NCBI GenBank assembly: GCA_038203955.1
Contig: JBBRDK010000006.1
Span: 946 to 64,945, forward strand
Reading direction: 5' to 3'
From: Thermoanaerobaculia bacterium
Lineage (GTDB): Bacteria; Acidobacteriota; Thermoanaerobaculia; UBA5066; Gp7-AA6
DNA: 64,000 bases
Below, piece after piece: positions 44,501 to 55,806 of the stretch. The notes beneath the pieces are model-generated. The model had not been told where the DNA came from, searched no databases, and saw only the letters and a program-made list of their open reading frames with translations. A program made the position numbers and the translations under genes. Within the stretch, counting starts at the first letter, position 1; each line of letters opens with the position of its first letter.

Positions 44501-47500
44501 CTGACGCAGGCGAGCCAGCACCTCCAGAAGGAGTTCGGAATTCGCATCGCCTTTCGTCAACTCCTGGGAGATCAGTCGACACCCGACGCCCTTGCCAGCT
44601 TCCTCGACGCGCAGCTGCCCGCCGAAATCGCGCTCCTGACCCCGACTTCCGTGGCGGCGGTAGCCGAACCCCCGGCGAATTCCCCGCGGCCGGCGGCCGG
44701 CGCGGCGCCCGCAGCCGGATCTTCGGGCGTTCTCGAGCGTATTTTGACGGAGCAGCTGCGCGTCATGTCTCGCCAGCTTGAGATGCTTCGCGGCGACATC
44801 CCGGAGCTCGCGCCGCCGGAGGAGACGGCCTCCGTCCCGACGACGTCGCTTCCGAATCCAGAGGGGCCCGTACCGGCGCAGTTTGAGTCTGCCGGCGAAA
44901 AGCCAGCCTTCAAGCCCTTCGGTCCCTACAAGCCGATCGAGAGAGGCGCCGGAGACGCTCTCTCGGAGACGGCCCGGCGGTATCTGACGGGTTTTATCGA
45001 GCGTTACTCGCGTAAGACGGCGAAGTCGAAGCGGCTCGCCGAGGAGCACCGCTCCCATTTCGCCGACCCGCGGGTCGTGGCGGGGTTCCGCCGCGACTGG
45101 AAGGAAATCGTCTACCCGATCGTGGCGACGGGCTCTTCGGGCTCGCGCATCCGGGACGTGGACGGGAACGAATACGTCGACCTCCTGATGGGATTCGGCC
45201 TGAACCTCTTCGGACATTCGCCGTCGTTCGTGACCGAGGCCGTCGCCGAACAGCTTCGTAAGGGCGTCGAGATCGGGCCGCAGTCCCCTCTCGCGGGGGA
45301 GGTGGCGCGTCTCATCAGCGAGTTCACTGGAATGGAGCGGGTGACCTTCTGCAATACGGGCTCCGAAGCCGTGATGGCCGCGATCCGCCTGGCCCGTACC
45401 GTGACGGGCCGCGACCCGATCGCGCTCTTTTCCGGCGCATACCACGGCACATTCGACGAGGTCCTCGTGAGAGGCGTGCGCTCCGGAGGTGTCCACAAGT
45501 CCTTTCCCATCGCACCGGGCATCCCCGCCGCGAAGGTCGAGAACGTCCTCGTGCTCGACTACGGAACCGAGGAATCGCTGCGGATCCTCGAATCCCGGAT
45601 TGGCCAGCTGGCGGCCATTCTGGTCGAGCCGGTTCAGAGCCGGCACCCCGATCTCCAGCCGCGGGAGTTTCTCCGGAAACTGCGGGAGATGACCGAGAAA
45701 TCCGGAACGGCGCTCATCTTCGATGAAGTGATCACGGGCTTTCGAGTCCATCCGGGAGGCGCTCAGGCGTGGTTCGGAATCCAGGCCGATCTCGCGACCT
45801 ACGGGAAGGTGCTCGGCGGCGGTCTGCCTCTCGGGGTCGTCGCCGGAAAAGGCGCTTTCATGGACGCTTTGGACGGCGGCATCTGGCAGTTCGGAGACGA
45901 CTCGTTCCCCGAGACCGGCGTGACCTTCTTTGCGGGGACCTTCGTGAGACATCCACTCGCGATGGCCGCCGCGCTGGCGGTGCTCCATCGGCTGAAGGCT
46001 GCCGGGCCCTCCCTCCAGGAAGGGTTGAACGACAAAGCCGCGTGGTTGGCGGGAGAGTTGAACGCCGTCTTCGAAAGAAATCACGTCCCGAGCCGCGTCG
46101 AGCACTTCGGCTCGATTCTCTATTTCGGGTTTTCGAACGATCACCGACTCGCGAGCCTGCTCTTCTATCATCTTCGCGAAAAAGGCGTGCACATCTGGGA
46201 GGGTTTCCCCTGCTTCGTTACAGAAGCGCACAGCCAGGAAGACCTCGAGTTCATCGTGCGCTCCTTTGACGCAAGCGCCACTGAGATGAGGGCGGGAGGA
46301 CTTCTGCCGTCTTCCGACGACGGGAGAGGGCGTGGCGATGCGGTCCCACGACCCATGGAAGTCGTTGCCGCGACCGCGCCGGAGAGCCCCGATTCCGCCG
46401 CCTCTTCGTTGACCGAATCCCAGAAGGAGGTCTGGCTCGCGTGCCAGATGGGATCCGAAGCTTCCTGTGCGTTCAACGAGGGCATCTCGCTCCGGTTTCG
46501 CGGAACTCTCGAGGTTTCGGCCCTGCGCGAGGCGCTCCAGGATCTCGTTGACCGGCATGACGCCCTGCGCACGAAGTTCGACGCGGATGGGGAACTGCAG
46601 CGCGTGGTAGCGGCGGCGAGCGTCCCGCTGACGATCACGGATCTATCGGAATGGAAGCGCGGGGACGCGCAAGTGCGGAGCAGGCAGATCGTGCTCGAGG
46701 AGGCACGGACTCCCTTCGATCTGACGCGCGGACCGCTCCTCCGCGGCCGACTCGTACGCCTCGCGACTGACCTTCACGATCTCGTGCTGACGGCCCACCA
46801 TCTCGCCTCCGATGGCTGGTCGACGAACGTGCTTCTCAGGGAGCTCGCCTCCCTCTATTCCGCACGGCGAGAGTCAATCGCAAACGACCTGCCCGCCGCG
46901 TCGCGCTTTCGCGATTTTGCCGCGCGCGAGGCGGCGCGGCGCAGAGGTCCGAAGGCCTCCGCGACCGAGGCGTACTGGCTGGGCGAGTTTGCGTCCCCGG
47001 CGCCCGTGTTGGATCTGCCGACGGACCGGCCGCGTCCGGCTGTCAAGACGTATGCGGGAGCGACGATCCGACGGACGGTTTCCGGCTCGCTCGCAAAGGC
47101 GGTGCGTCAGGCCGGTGCCCGAGAAGGATGTACGCTTTTTGCGACTCTGTTTGCGGTGTTTACGGCCCTTCTCCACCGCCTGACGGGGCAAGAAGATCTG
47201 GTGGTCGGGATCCCCGCCGCGGGCCAGGCCGGAGACGGCTGCGAGGACGTCGTCGGACACTGCGTCAACTTCCTGCCGATTCGCTCGCGCGCGCCGAAGG
47301 ATGTCGAGTTCCGAACACACTTGCGGTCCATCCGGAAGACGATTCTGGACGCCTTCGAGCACCAGGACTATACGTACGGCAGTCTCATCCAGGCGCTGGC
47401 GCTTCCGCGCGATCCGAGCCGTCTGCCGCTGATCGAGGCGCAATTCAACCTCGAGCGGGTTGGAGCCGGCTCGGATTGGAGCGGCCTTGCCGTGGACGTG

Positions 47501-50500
47501 GACACTAACCCGAAGTCTTTCGTCAACGACGACGTCTTCTTGAATGTCGTCGAGACGGCGGATGGCCTGGTTCTCGACTGCGACTTCAATACCGATCTCT
47601 TCGACGCCGGGACGGTCGAGCGGTGGCTGGGATACTTCGAGAAGCTCCTCGAGGGAATCGTCGAGGACGCCTCCCGGTCGCTTTCGGCCCTGCCCCTGTG
47701 CGGCGAGGCGGAGCGTAAACAGGTGCTGGTCGAATGGAATCGCACCCGGCGGCGGCTTTCGAAGGCCGGGTGCGCGCATCAGCTCTTCGAAGTGCAGGCG
47801 CTTCGGGCGCCGGAGGCGATCGCTCTCTCCTTCCGGGACGAGCGGGTGACCTACGCGGAATTGAACGTCCGCGCGAACCGGCTGGCGAATCACCTCGCGA
47901 GCTTCGGAGTCGCCCGTGGCGTCGTCGTGGGCCTGTGCCTGGAGCGCTCTCCCGACCTCGTGGTCGCGATTCTGGCGATCCTGAAGGCCGGAGGAGCCTA
48001 CGTCCCGCTCGATCCCTCGCACCCATCGGAGCGCCGCGCCGCGATCCTCGAGGACGTGGGCGCGCCGTTCCTCCTCATAGACGAAGACGAAGACGTTCCC
48101 GTTCCGGCGGCGACCCGGGTCATCCGGCTGCGCGCGGAACGCGAAAAAATCTCGGAGGCGAGCGCCGAGACGCCAGGGGCCACGCCGGCCGCGGAGGACC
48201 TGGCGTACGTGATCTACACATCCGGGTCGACGGGAAAACCGAAGGGCGTCGCCATAGCGCACCGGTCCCTCGTGAACCTGCTCGAAGCCATGCGAGAGAG
48301 TCCCGGGATCGGTCGCACCGATACCCTCCTCGCAGTCACGACTGTGTCCTTCGACATCGCGGCGCTCGAGTTGCTCCTGCCGCTGACGGCGGGGGCGCGA
48401 ACCGCTCTCGCTCCGCCGGAAGCCTCTTCCGACGGCAGCCGGCTGTCCGAAGAGCTGTTTCGCTCCCAAGCCACGATCCTTCAGGCGACGCCCGCCACGT
48501 GGCGGCTCTTGATCGACTCGGGGTGGAAGGGTCAGTCGAATCTGAAGTTGCTCTGCGGCGGAGAACCTCTGTCTCGCGACCTGGCGGACGCCCTCCTCGC
48601 CCGTGGCGGCTCCCTCTGGAACATGTATGGTCCCACGGAGACGACGATCTGGTCCGCGGCTGGACGGGTCGCCGCCGGCGAGGGCGCGCCCCGCATCGGA
48701 CCGCCGATCGCGAACACCCGACTCTATGTCCTCGACGAAGAGCTTCGGCCCGTGCCCATCGGGGTCCGGGGTGAGGTCTTCATCGGAGGAGAGGGTCTCG
48801 CGAGGGGCTACTGGAAGCTGCCGGAGCTTACCGAAAGAAACTTCCTTCCCGATCCCTTCCGGAGCGAACGGGGAGCTCGGCTCTACCGGACCGGCGACCT
48901 TGGCCGTTTCCGGTCCGATGGGACGATTGAGCTCTCCGGCCGGCGAGACCGGCAAGTCAAAGTCCGGGGATACCGCATCGAGCTTTCCGAGGTCGAAGCC
49001 GCGCTCTCGAGCCATGCGGCCGTGCGGGAAGCCGCCGTGACGGTTCGCGAAGACTCGCCTGGCGACAGGAGACTCGTTGCGTACATTGTCCCCGAGGCAG
49101 CCGATCTGCGCGACGTCGAGGCCGAGTGGCAGGCGGAGATGAGCGCCCAGTGGCGCGCGCAATACGGCTCGGCGATTCGGGAGCGCGATCCCGGGAGCGA
49201 TGCGCATCCGGATCCGTCCCTGAGCCTCTACGGCTGGACTGGCCTCGGCAACGTCGCCGAAGAGCTCGACGCATGGCTCGCTCCGATCGCCGAGGAGATC
49301 CTCGCCTGGAGTCCCCGGCGCGTCCTCGAGATCGGATGCGGCACCGGGCTGCTGCTCGAAAGGCTGGCTCCCGCATGCCGGTTTTACTCGGGCACGGATC
49401 TGTCGGAGGAGGCGCTCGACAGCCTACGCGCCCGCCTGGCATTGTCGGACCTCCCGGCGAAACGAGTCGGGCTCCGGCGCCGGATGGCGGACGATTTCGA
49501 GGGAATCGAGCCCGGGTCGTTCGACACCGTGATCGTCAACTCGGTCGTGGAGTACCTGCCGAGCGTCGAGTCTCTGTTACGGGTCGTCGAAGGCGCGATC
49601 CGGACCGTCGGGAAGGGCGGGCGCGTTTTCCTGGGGGATGTCCCGAGCCTGCCGATGTGGGAAACCTTTCACGCGGCGGCCCAGCTCGCGCACGCTTCCG
49701 ACGAGCTTCCCGTCAAAGAGCTCTCGGAGCGGGTGCGCCACGCGGTCTCGCAGGGGAGCCGTCTGCTGGTCGATCCCGACTTTTTCCGGGCGCTCAAACA
49801 CAGCGTTCCGGGGATTGACCGTGTCGAAGTGCGGCTCTCGCGGGGCCGATTTTCGGACGAAGCGTCGCGACTCCACGCCGACGCCTATTACGACGTAATC
49901 CTTCACGTCGGTGAGCCGACTCCGGACAAAGGCCAGGTCGGGCGAGAGCGCGTGACGCTCGATTGGGAAGAAGAACCCCTGGCCCTGTCCACCCTCGAAA
50001 CTCTCTTCACGGCGGAGACGGACTCGGTCCTCGTGCTGGGAGTCCCGATTCTCCGTCTGGTGGCGCAAGCGAAGACGCTCGAGCTGCTCGAGACCGGAGA
50101 GGGAGGCGTCGCGGAGACGGTCGGCGACCTTCGGGAGCGCCTGCGAGACGTGTCGGGCGCCGACCTCGCACCAATCGGGGATCTCGCCGAGAGTCGAGGC
50201 TACTCGATGGACAGGGTCTGGTCCGGCTCGGGACGTTCCGGCCGTTGCGATCTGCTTTTCCGGCGCGCTCTTGCGAAGACCGGCGTGAGTCTGTCTCCCG
50301 GACTGTCGAAAGAGGTCCCGGGGCCGAGGCCGTGGCATGAGTACGCCAACAGTCCCGCGCGCTCGGCGCTCGCGCGCCGTCTCGTGCCGGAGCTCCGGTC
50401 GTTCGTCAAGCAGAAGTTGCCCGCCTTCATGGTGCCGGCCGCGATCGAGATCCTCGAAGTGCTGCCCCTCACCGCAAACGGCAAGGTGGACCATCGTGCG

Positions 50501-50854
50501 CTGCCGCGGCCGCAGCGTCTCCACGCGCTGGCGGAGGAGACTTTTCGGGCCCCTCGGACCGAACGCGAGAGAACCCTCGCGGCGATCTGGGCCGAAGTCC
50601 TGCATCTCGATCGGGTCGGAATTTGCGACGACGTCTTCGATCTCGGCGGCGATTCGCTCTTGATCTTCCAGATCTCGACACGCGCGAACCGGGCGGGCTT
50701 CGAAATCGCCCCGAGAGATCTCTTTGCGCACCGCACCATTCTGGAGCTCACACAAGCCCTCGCGATGAAAGAGAGCGAGCCGTCGGCGCCCGAGCGGACT
50801 CCCCTGGTGGCGATGTCTCGCGACGCGCATCGAGTGAGGCGGGCGAGCTTGTGA
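41558..50854 (+). CDS. hybrid PKS-NRPS megasynthase: KS-AT-ACP-aminotransferase-C-A(embedded MT)-T
   Basis: The GTG start overlaps the upstream stop (GTGA); the track start 40781 is an over-extension. KS: [13 protein letters not shown] (41591), active Cys in [10 protein letters not shown] (42122-24), [14 protein letters not shown]: FPGQGSQ, GHSVGE (Ser 43463-65), HAFH (43751-62). ACP: GFDSL (Ser 44492-94). Class-III PLP aminotransferase: [14 protein letters not shown] (Lys 45806-08). C: HHLASDGW (46796-46816). A: [11 protein letters not shown] (48215-47), [20 protein letters not shown]: VLEIGCGTG (49322-48), lying between ..RLVAYIVP and LPAFMVP. T: GGDSL (Ser 50654-56). No KR, DH or ER domain. 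Confidence 0.95.
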   Translation: MSGVRDGNLRDAIAIVGMAGRFPGADSVSHLWENLQAGRESISVLTDAELLESGIDASMLADPLYVKARGVLEDVDLFDASFFGFTPKEAELTDPQHRLFLETCWRALEDAGCNPEAFDGAIGVFGGMSMNTYLLAARGKDPGFWKDLTESYQIGEYPSVLGNDYNFLATRVSYKLNLTGPSLDVQTGCSTSLVAVCLACRALLQHDCDAALAGGVSITFPQKRGYLYQEGAMGSPDGKCRAFDAAAGGTVFGSGVGIVVLKRLSDAVANRDSIVAVIRGFALNNDGASKVGYMAPSVEGQAAVIATAQAVADVDAESIGYVETHGTGTPLGDPIEIAGLTRAFRSATSAKGFCAIGSVKPNVGHLDIASGVTGLMKAALAVRTGRIPPSLHFERSNPAIDFADSPFFVNTQLSEWSNTARPRRAGVSAFGVGGTNAHVVLEEAPVPEPPAIRSCELLVLSAKTPTGLDAAAANLARHLAEKPEANLGNVAFTLQAGRKNFAHRRALVCADVAEAVSDLTRPSGRAVARGGDVPVSSVAFLFPGQGSQYPGMAREIYESEERFRQEVDLCVGLLGPELAKNLRDLLLAPPAEGEPSEKSAIHRTGLAQPALFVVEYALARLWESWGVRPSAMLGHSVGEFVAATLAGVFSLEDALALVAARGRMIEELPEGSMLAVRMEEGQLATVARPGLSLAAVNAPSLCVLSGPPDVIDGLQKELAERGIAQRRLQTSHAFHSEMMDPVVAPFEDLVNSVRLQPPSIPIVSGVTGTWVRAEEATDPAYWSAHLRKPVHFARGVATLLNEKGRALLEVGPGQTLSLHAKRHPAKTSGHVVLSSLGHPENRESERACLLRAAGQLWVSRVAIDWQGLQAGRDLGRVPLPTYPFERSRHWIGTRLEDTTSGIGTHGGPQIASLPTRAEGAVAFPTKAELPMMNDANPASAAFRHPRLLSRVQKVFGDLAGLPPGEVPPSATFLEAGFDSLFLTQASQHLQKEFGIRIAFRQLLGDQSTPDALASFLDAQLPAEIALLTPTSVAAVAEPPANSPRPAAGAAPAAGSSGVLERILTEQLRVMSRQLEMLRGDIPELAPPEETASVPTTSLPNPEGPVPAQFESAGEKPAFKPFGPYKPIERGAGDALSETARRYLTGFIERYSRKTAKSKRLAEEHRSHFADPRVVAGFRRDWKEIVYPIVATGSSGSRIRDVDGNEYVDLLMGFGLNLFGHSPSFVTEAVAEQLRKGVEIGPQSPLAGEVARLISEFTGMERVTFCNTGSEAVMAAIRLARTVTGRDPIALFSGAYHGTFDEVLVRGVRSGGVHKSFPIAPGIPAAKVENVLVLDYGTEESLRILESRIGQLAAILVEPVQSRHPDLQPREFLRKLREMTEKSGTALIFDEVITGFRVHPGGAQAWFGIQADLATYGKVLGGGLPLGVVAGKGAFMDALDGGIWQFGDDSFPETGVTFFAGTFVRHPLAMAAALAVLHRLKAAGPSLQEGLNDKAAWLAGELNAVFERNHVPSRVEHFGSILYFGFSNDHRLASLLFYHLREKGVHIWEGFPCFVTEAHSQEDLEFIVRSFDASATEMRAGGLLPSSDDGRGRGDAVPRPMEVVAATAPESPDSAASSLTESQKEVWLACQMGSEASCAFNEGISLRFRGTLEVSALREALQDLVDRHDALRTKFDADGELQRVVAAASVPLTITDLSEWKRGDAQVRSRQIVLEEARTPFDLTRGPLLRGRLVRLATDLHDLVLTAHHLASDGWSTNVLLRELASLYSARRESIANDLPAASRFRDFAAREAARRRGPKASATEAYWLGEFASPAPVLDLPTDRPRPAVKTYAGATIRRTVSGSLAKAVRQAGAREGCTLFATLFAVFTALLHRLTGQEDLVVGIPAAGQAGDGCEDVVGHCVNFLPIRSRAPKDVEFRTHLRSIRKTILDAFEHQDYTYGSLIQALALPRDPSRLPLIEAQFNLERVGAGSDWSGLAVDVDTNPKSFVNDDVFLNVVETADGLVLDCDFNTDLFDAGTVERWLGYFEKLLEGIVEDASRSLSALPLCGEAERKQVLVEWNRTRRRLSKAGCAHQLFEVQALRAPEAIALSFRDERVTYAELNVRANRLANHLASFGVARGVVVGLCLERSPDLVVAILAILKAGGAYVPLDPSHPSERRAAILEDVGAPFLLIDEDEDVPVPAATRVIRLRAEREKISEASAETPGATPAAEDLAYVIYTSGSTGKPKGVAIAHRSLVNLLEAMRESPGIGRTDTLLAVTTVSFDIAALELLLPLTAGARTALAPPEASSDGSRLSEELFRSQATILQATPATWRLLIDSGWKGQSNLKLLCGGEPLSRDLADALLARGGSLWNMYGPTETTIWSAAGRVAAGEGAPRIGPPIANTRLYVLDEELRPVPIGVRGEVFIGGEGLARGYWKLPELTERNFLPDPFRSERGARLYRTGDLGRFRSDGTIELSGRRDRQVKVRGYRIELSEVEAALSSHAAVREAAVTVREDSPGDRRLVAYIVPEAADLRDVEAEWQAEMSAQWRAQYGSAIRERDPGSDAHPDPSLSLYGWTGLGNVAEELDAWLAPIAEEILAWSPRRVLEIGCGTGLLLERLAPACRFYSGTDLSEEALDSLRARLALSDLPAKRVGLRRRMADDFEGIEPGSFDTVIVNSVVEYLPSVESLLRVVEGAIRTVGKGGRVFLGDVPSLPMWETFHAAAQLAHASDELPVKELSERVRHAVSQGSRLLVDPDFFRALKHSVPGIDRVEVRLSRGRFSDEASRLHADAYYDVILHVGEPTPDKGQVGRERVTLDWEEEPLALSTLETLFTAETDSVLVLGVPILRLVAQAKTLELLETGEGGVAETVGDLRERLRDVSGADLAPIGDLAESRGYSMDRVWSGSGRSGRCDLLFRRALAKTGVSLSPGLSKEVPGPRPWHEYANSPARSALARRLVPELRSFVKQKLPAFMVPAAIEILEVLPLTANGKVDHRALPRPQRLHALAEETFRAPRTERERTLAAIWAEVLHLDRVGICDDVFDLGGDSLLIFQISTRANRAGFEIAPRDLFAHRTILELTQALAMKESEPSAPERTPLVAMSRDAHRVRRASL

Positions 50855-50894
50855 TTTACGAGAAGAAGGCCGGGACTCCGGCATAGCGATCCGA

Positions 50895-53800
50895 ATGGGA
50901 AGACCTGCTCGGTCCCTGGCGCCTCCCGCCGCGGAGACATCACCGGTTGCTGCCGCCGCGACAGAGGACGTCTTCGTTTTTCCCGCGTCATTCGCCCAGC
51001 AGCGTTTCTGGTTCGTCGATCAATACAACCCCGGGACCACCGCGTACTGCCTTCCGATCCTGCTGCGCGTCGCCGGGAACCTCAATCCGAACGTCCTCGA
51101 GCGGGTCTTGAACGAGATTGTCCGGCGTCACGAGATCCTCAGGACGACGTTTTCCCTGTCGCAGTGGGAGCTCGTGCAGGTGATCTCCCCGTCGGCTCGC
51201 CTGACGCTGCCTCTCGTCGACCTGTCGTACATTCCCGAGCCGGAGCGCGAAGCGCGCGCCTTCGATCAGGCGCGGGAAGAGAGCCGGAGAGCCTTCGACC
51301 TGCGTCAGGGACCGCTCTTCCGGGCTCATCTCTGGCGGCTGTCCGATCGCGATCATCTGTTCCTGCTCGACATGCATCACATCGTTGCGGACGGGTGGTC
51401 CTTCTCCGTCCTGCTCCACGAGCTCGCCGTTCTCTACGATGCTTTTGAGAAGGGCCGCGACTCGCCGCTGCCGGACTTATCCATCCAATACGCGGATTTC
51501 GCTCAGTGGCAACGCGATCGGACGCAGGAGGAGGGACAGGATGGCGATCTCTCCTTCTGGAAAGCGGAACTTGCGGGAGCGCCTCCGATGCTCGATTTGC
51601 GGTCGGACCACCCGCGGCCATCGCGACAGACCTTTTCCGGAGCCTACGAGACCGAGCTCCTGCCCGCCGGTCTGACCCACAGGATCAAAGCTTTGTCCCG
51701 ACGAGAGGGCTTCACGCCTTTCATGACCCTGCTGGCCGCCTTCTTCGCGGTCCTCTACCGTTACACGGGCCAGACCGACATGGTTGTGGGCTCGCCCATC
51801 GCAAATCGCTCCCGCTTCGAGCTCGAGCCTCTCATCGGCCTCTTCATGAACACGCTCGTCCTCCGCGCCGACCTTTCCGGAAACCCGACCTTCCGTGAGC
51901 TCCTCGCTCGAGTCGGGCGCGTCTGTGTGGGCGCCTATTCGCACCAGGACATGCCGTTCGAGAAGCTCGTCGAAGAGCTCAAGCCGCCGAGAGATCCGAG
52001 TCGCAATCCCGTTTTTCAATCGATGTTCGTGTATCAGAAAGCCTTCATTCAGCCCTTCGCGGCAGGAGACCTCCGATTCACACCGATCAAGGCGGACCGT
52101 GGCGGCGCATTGACGGATCTCTCCCTGTTCGTCATCGACCGGCAAGACGGTTTCACGACCGGCATCGAGCACAACACCGACCTGTTCGATGCCTCCTCGA
52201 TCCGACGCATGCTCGGTCATTTCCGCACTCTGCTCCAGGCGGTCGTAGAGAATCCCGAGCTCCGGATCGATGCGATCCCGTTGTTGACGCCTGTCGAGCG
52301 CCGCCAGTTGCTCATCGAGTGGAACGAGACCGAATCCGAATTTCCGAAGGACCAGTGCCTGCACCAGCTCTTCGAGGCACAGGTCGAGAAGACTCCCGAC
52401 GCGGTTGCGCTTCTGTTCGAAGGACACGGATTGACCTACCGCGAATTAAACGCCCGCTCCAATCGTCTGGCCCGGTATCTCGCCCGGATGGGCGTGGGGC
52501 CGGAAACGCGAGCCGGCGTCTGCTTGCCGCGGTCCCCCGAGATGGTCATCGGACTGCTGGCGGTTCTGAAGGCGGGCGGCGCCTATATCCCGCTCGACCC
52601 CGCCTACCCGCGCGAACGATTGGCGTTCCTGCTCGAAGACGCAGCCCCTTCCGTCGTTGTGTCGCAGGGCACGATCGCCGGAGCGATCCCCTTTGCCGGA
52701 AGCGTCGTCTCTCTGGACTCGATCGGCCGGCAACTCGACCGAGAATGCGAGGAAAACCTGGCAAACGGCGTCACGCCCGATGACCTCGCCTATCTGATCT
52801 ACACCTCGGGGTCGACAGGCAGGCCGAAGGCCGCCATGATTCCGCATCGAGGCGTCGTCAACTACCTGACGTGGTGCGTCCCCGCCTACTCGGTCGCATC
52901 CGGCCGGGGGGCGCCGGTGCAGTCCCCCCTCTCCTTCGATCTGACGGTGACCTCGCTTTTTGCGCCGCTCGTCTGTGGCGGGACGGTGCATCTCCTCGCC
53001 GAAAAGCCGGCAGGGGCGGCGCTCGCCGAGCTGTTTGACGAACCCGGAGACTGGAGTCTCGTCAAGACGACACCGACCGAGCTCGAGCTCTTGAGCCGGC
53101 AGGTCATGGCCGGGAACGCTTCCAGGCGAACGCGCGCCTTCGTGGTGGGAGGCGAGAGCCTGGCGGGCGAGATGCTCGGCTTCTGGCGCGGCGCGGCTCC
53201 GGACACGAAAGTCTTCAACGAGTACGGTCCGACGGAAACCGTCGTCGGATGCTGCGTCTACGAGGTCGGCGCGGCACCCCACGCCGGGCCGGTTCCGATC
53301 GGCCGCCCGATCGCGAACACGCGGCTCTACATTCTCGGGCCGGACGGGCAGCCGGTTCCGATCGGCGTCGTCGGAGAGCTCTGCATCGCCGGAGCCGGGG
53401 TGGCGCGAGGATACTGGAACCGGCCGGATCTGACGGCCGAACGGTTCGTTCCCGACCCGTTCGGGAAGCCCGGCTCCCGGATGTACCGCTCAGGCGATTT
53501 CGCGCGATACCGGTCCGACGGGAACATCGAATACGTGGGACGCCGCGACTCGCAGGTGAAGCTGCGGGGCTATCGCATCGAGCTCGGAGAGATCGAGGCG
53601 GCGCTCGAAGGACATCCAGCGGTGCGCCGGTCCGCGGTGCTCGCGCGGGAAGATGCGCCAGGCGAGAAGAGGCTCGTGGCCTATGTGGAGGCGGGACCGG
53701 CGAGCGCGGTGACCGAGACGCAGCTTCGCGCCTTCCTGAAGGAAAGGTTGCCGGCGCACATGGTTCCGTCGGCGTTCCTGATTCTCGAGAGCCTTCCTCA

Positions 53801-54968
53801 GAGCCCGAACGGAAAGATCGATCGACGAGCCTTGCCCGCACCCGCTCCGACCTCCCGGGAAAAGGAGGCGGGCCGCATCGCTCCGTCCGACCCCGTGGAA
53901 GTCCGGCTGGCGGCGATCTGGGAAGACGTCCTCGGCGTGCGCGGCATCGGCGTCCGCGACGACTACTTCGACCTGGGGGGACACTCGCTGCTGGCTATCA
54001 AACTCTTCTCGCGGATCAGAAACGTCTTTGGACGGCATCTGCCGCTCGCGACGATCTTTCAGGCGCCGACAATCGAACGGCTTGCCGGGATCATCCGGCA
54101 GGAGGGTTGGAAGCCGTCCTGGTTCTCGCTCGTGCCGATCCAGCCGCTCGGCGCGAAGACGCCTCTGTACCTGATTCACGCAGGCGGGGGCAACGTGCTC
54201 TTTTATATGGATCTCGTTCGCCACCTGCGCCGCGACCAGCCCGTGTACGGGTTACAGGCTAGGGACCTGACGGAAAAGGGGAGGCGCGCAGAACGTCTTG
54301 AAGAGATGGCCGCGTTTTACGTCAAGGAGATCCGAGAGTTTCAGCCGGAAGGGCCGTACTACCTCGGGGGGGCTTCCTATGGGGGCCTGATCGCATTCGA
54401 GATGGCGCAACAGCTTCTTCGGCAGGGACAGGAGGTCGGCATGGTCGCGCTGCTGGACACCTGGGGGCCCGATTATCCAAGCCGCCATCCCGACGAACAC
54501 TCGCTCCGAGTCCGTCTGATCCGGCTGTCGGAACGAGTGTCCCTCCACGTCGGCAACATTATTGCGACGGAGGGGAACCGCGCGAAAGCCGGTTACGTCA
54601 CGTGGAAGACCAGCGTCCTGCTGGACACGATGCGCAAGGAGATGCTGCGCCGCGCCGAAAGGGTTCGGAAACTCCTGGGGCTCCCTCGAGCCTTCCGCGT
54701 GCTGGAGGCTCGCATCGGAGAGGCCAAATCCCGTTATGTTCCGCAGGTCTATGCCGGCAGGTTGACGCTCTTTCGGGCGACCACGCAGCCGGCGGGATAC
54801 GGCTACGACGGGGATCTCGGATGGACACGCGTCGCGCGCGGCGGCGTGGAAGTGCACGAGATCCCCGGTCACCACGGCTCCATCGTCCACGAGCCGCGAG
54901 TCCCGATTCTGGCAGAGCGGTTGACGCGCTGCCTGGACGAGCTCGCTGCGAATAAATCCTCGGCTTAA
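50895..54968 (+). CDS. NRPS termination module C-A-T-TE
   Basis: C: [19 protein letters not shown] (51375-95). A: [52 protein letters not shown]: GGHSLL. TE: ..[11 protein letters not shown].., GGASYGG (Ser 54375-77). Confidence 0.95.
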   Translation: MGRPARSLAPPAAETSPVAAAATEDVFVFPASFAQQRFWFVDQYNPGTTAYCLPILLRVAGNLNPNVLERVLNEIVRRHEILRTTFSLSQWELVQVISPSARLTLPLVDLSYIPEPEREARAFDQAREESRRAFDLRQGPLFRAHLWRLSDRDHLFLLDMHHIVADGWSFSVLLHELAVLYDAFEKGRDSPLPDLSIQYADFAQWQRDRTQEEGQDGDLSFWKAELAGAPPMLDLRSDHPRPSRQTFSGAYETELLPAGLTHRIKALSRREGFTPFMTLLAAFFAVLYRYTGQTDMVVGSPIANRSRFELEPLIGLFMNTLVLRADLSGNPTFRELLARVGRVCVGAYSHQDMPFEKLVEELKPPRDPSRNPVFQSMFVYQKAFIQPFAAGDLRFTPIKADRGGALTDLSLFVIDRQDGFTTGIEHNTDLFDASSIRRMLGHFRTLLQAVVENPELRIDAIPLLTPVERRQLLIEWNETESEFPKDQCLHQLFEAQVEKTPDAVALLFEGHGLTYRELNARSNRLARYLARMGVGPETRAGVCLPRSPEMVIGLLAVLKAGGAYIPLDPAYPRERLAFLLEDAAPSVVVSQGTIAGAIPFAGSVVSLDSIGRQLDRECEENLANGVTPDDLAYLIYTSGSTGRPKAAMIPHRGVVNYLTWCVPAYSVASGRGAPVQSPLSFDLTVTSLFAPLVCGGTVHLLAEKPAGAALAELFDEPGDWSLVKTTPTELELLSRQVMAGNASRRTRAFVVGGESLAGEMLGFWRGAAPDTKVFNEYGPTETVVGCCVYEVGAAPHAGPVPIGRPIANTRLYILGPDGQPVPIGVVGELCIAGAGVARGYWNRPDLTAERFVPDPFGKPGSRMYRSGDFARYRSDGNIEYVGRRDSQVKLRGYRIELGEIEAALEGHPAVRRSAVLAREDAPGEKRLVAYVEAGPASAVTETQLRAFLKERLPAHMVPSAFLILESLPQSPNGKIDRRALPAPAPTSREKEAGRIAPSDPVEVRLAAIWEDVLGVRGIGVRDDYFDLGGHSLLAIKLFSRIRNVFGRHLPLATIFQAPTIERLAGIIRQEGWKPSWFSLVPIQPLGAKTPLYLIHAGGGNVLFYMDLVRHLRRDQPVYGLQARDLTEKGRRAERLEEMAAFYVKEIREFQPEGPYYLGGASYGGLIAFEMAQQLLRQGQEVGMVALLDTWGPDYPSRHPDEHSLRVRLIRLSERVSLHVGNIIATEGNRAKAGYVTWKTSVLLDTMRKEMLRRAERVRKLLGLPRAFRVLEARIGEAKSRYVPQVYAGRLTLFRATTQPAGYGYDGDLGWTRVARGGVEVHEIPGHHGSIVHEPRVPILAERLTRCLDELAANKSSA

Positions 54969-55066
54969 CCGTTGGCGGGCTCTCGGTGGAAGGGAGAGCG
55001 ATAAAGACGTGGCGGCGACGTGGGCGTGGAGGCCGGCGCGCTGATATCCTCCTCGCCCGCTAACCT

Positions 55067-55143
55067 GGGCCGTTAGCTCAGTCGGTTAGAGCATCGGCCT
55101 TTTAAGCCGGTGGTCCTGGGTTCGAGTCCCAGACGGCCCACCA
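55067..55143 (+). tRNA. tRNA-Lys (anticodon UUU), CCA encoded
   Basis: Folded by hand. Acceptor GGGCCGT/ACGGCCC is perfect. U8 A9. D arm GCTC-AGTCGGTTA-GAGC. Anticodon arm TCGGC-CTTTTAA-GCCGG. 5-nt variable loop. T arm CTGGG-TTCGAGT-CCCAG. Discriminator A plus CCA. Confidence 0.95.
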
Positions 55144-55581
55144 ACCTGGACCTCACGAATCCGCACCGGAATCCAGTAAGCACTCTTCTCTCCTTGCCCC
55201 GGAGAATTCTCAATTCGATTTCAGCGCCGGACCGATGGCGCTCTCTCCCGATGGACGCATCCGGCCGTGATTTGCCGGGCGAGAGAAGTTTCCGTTCGCC
55301 GCTCCCGGTAGTCCCCAGCTCCTGCGCCTCAAACCTAAGTGGGTCGAGACTCTCCCGTCAGGGGTATCTCGATTCCCCGAGTCTCTTTCTGCGGCTCTTC
55401 GAGATGCCGGACCTCTGGAAGACGGCCTCCCGCTCGGTTAGCTGGACGGGGCGTCTGCCGCGGAAACGGTTGCAGAATAAGACCTTCTCGCTCCGGGCTC
55501 GGCGCGTCGAACAAACCTCCCGAGTTCTTTCCCTCCTGCGGATCTTTCCCGGCACGAGTTTTGCTCGGTCGACGTAAACCC

Positions 55582-55806
55582 ATGAACAATCAAGACGCAA
55601 CGCCGGGTACCTCCCGAGCGAAGGTCTGCGTCGAGCGCCTTGCCGGGGGTTTCGATCGGTCCCTGCGGGACCTGATCGCACACTGCCGCTCGGCTGAGGC
55701 GGGAGGCTACAGGCCATCGGACGTTCCGACGGCCCGCTTGAGCCCGAAGGACCTCGACAAACTCGTCGCGGAAGTCAAAACCTCCGATCCGCGCCCTCGC
55801 CAGTGA
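55582..55806 (+). CDS. 74-aa ORF: module-copy-D N-terminus fused to a tail that resembles the end of an NRPS epimerization domain; stop overlaps the NRPS start
   Basis: MNNQDATPGTSRAKVCVERLAGGFDRSLRDLIAHCRSAEAGGYRPSDVPTARLSPKDLDKLVAEVKTSDPRPRQ*. Fairly high third-position GC. TGA 55804-06 overlaps GTG 55803 (GTGA). The first 44 nt match the modules at 37626/37736/37841. Confidence 0.5.
   Translation: MNNQDATPGTSRAKVCVERLAGGFDRSLRDLIAHCRSAEAGGYRPSDVPTARLSPKDLDKLVAEVKTSDPRPRQ

Noticed and set aside
55110-55577. 155-aa + ORF immediately after and overlapping the tRNA-Lys gene
   Set aside because: It starts inside the tRNA. It has lowish third-position GC and no motifs, and it lies in the lower-GC spacer. 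It is most likely non-coding.
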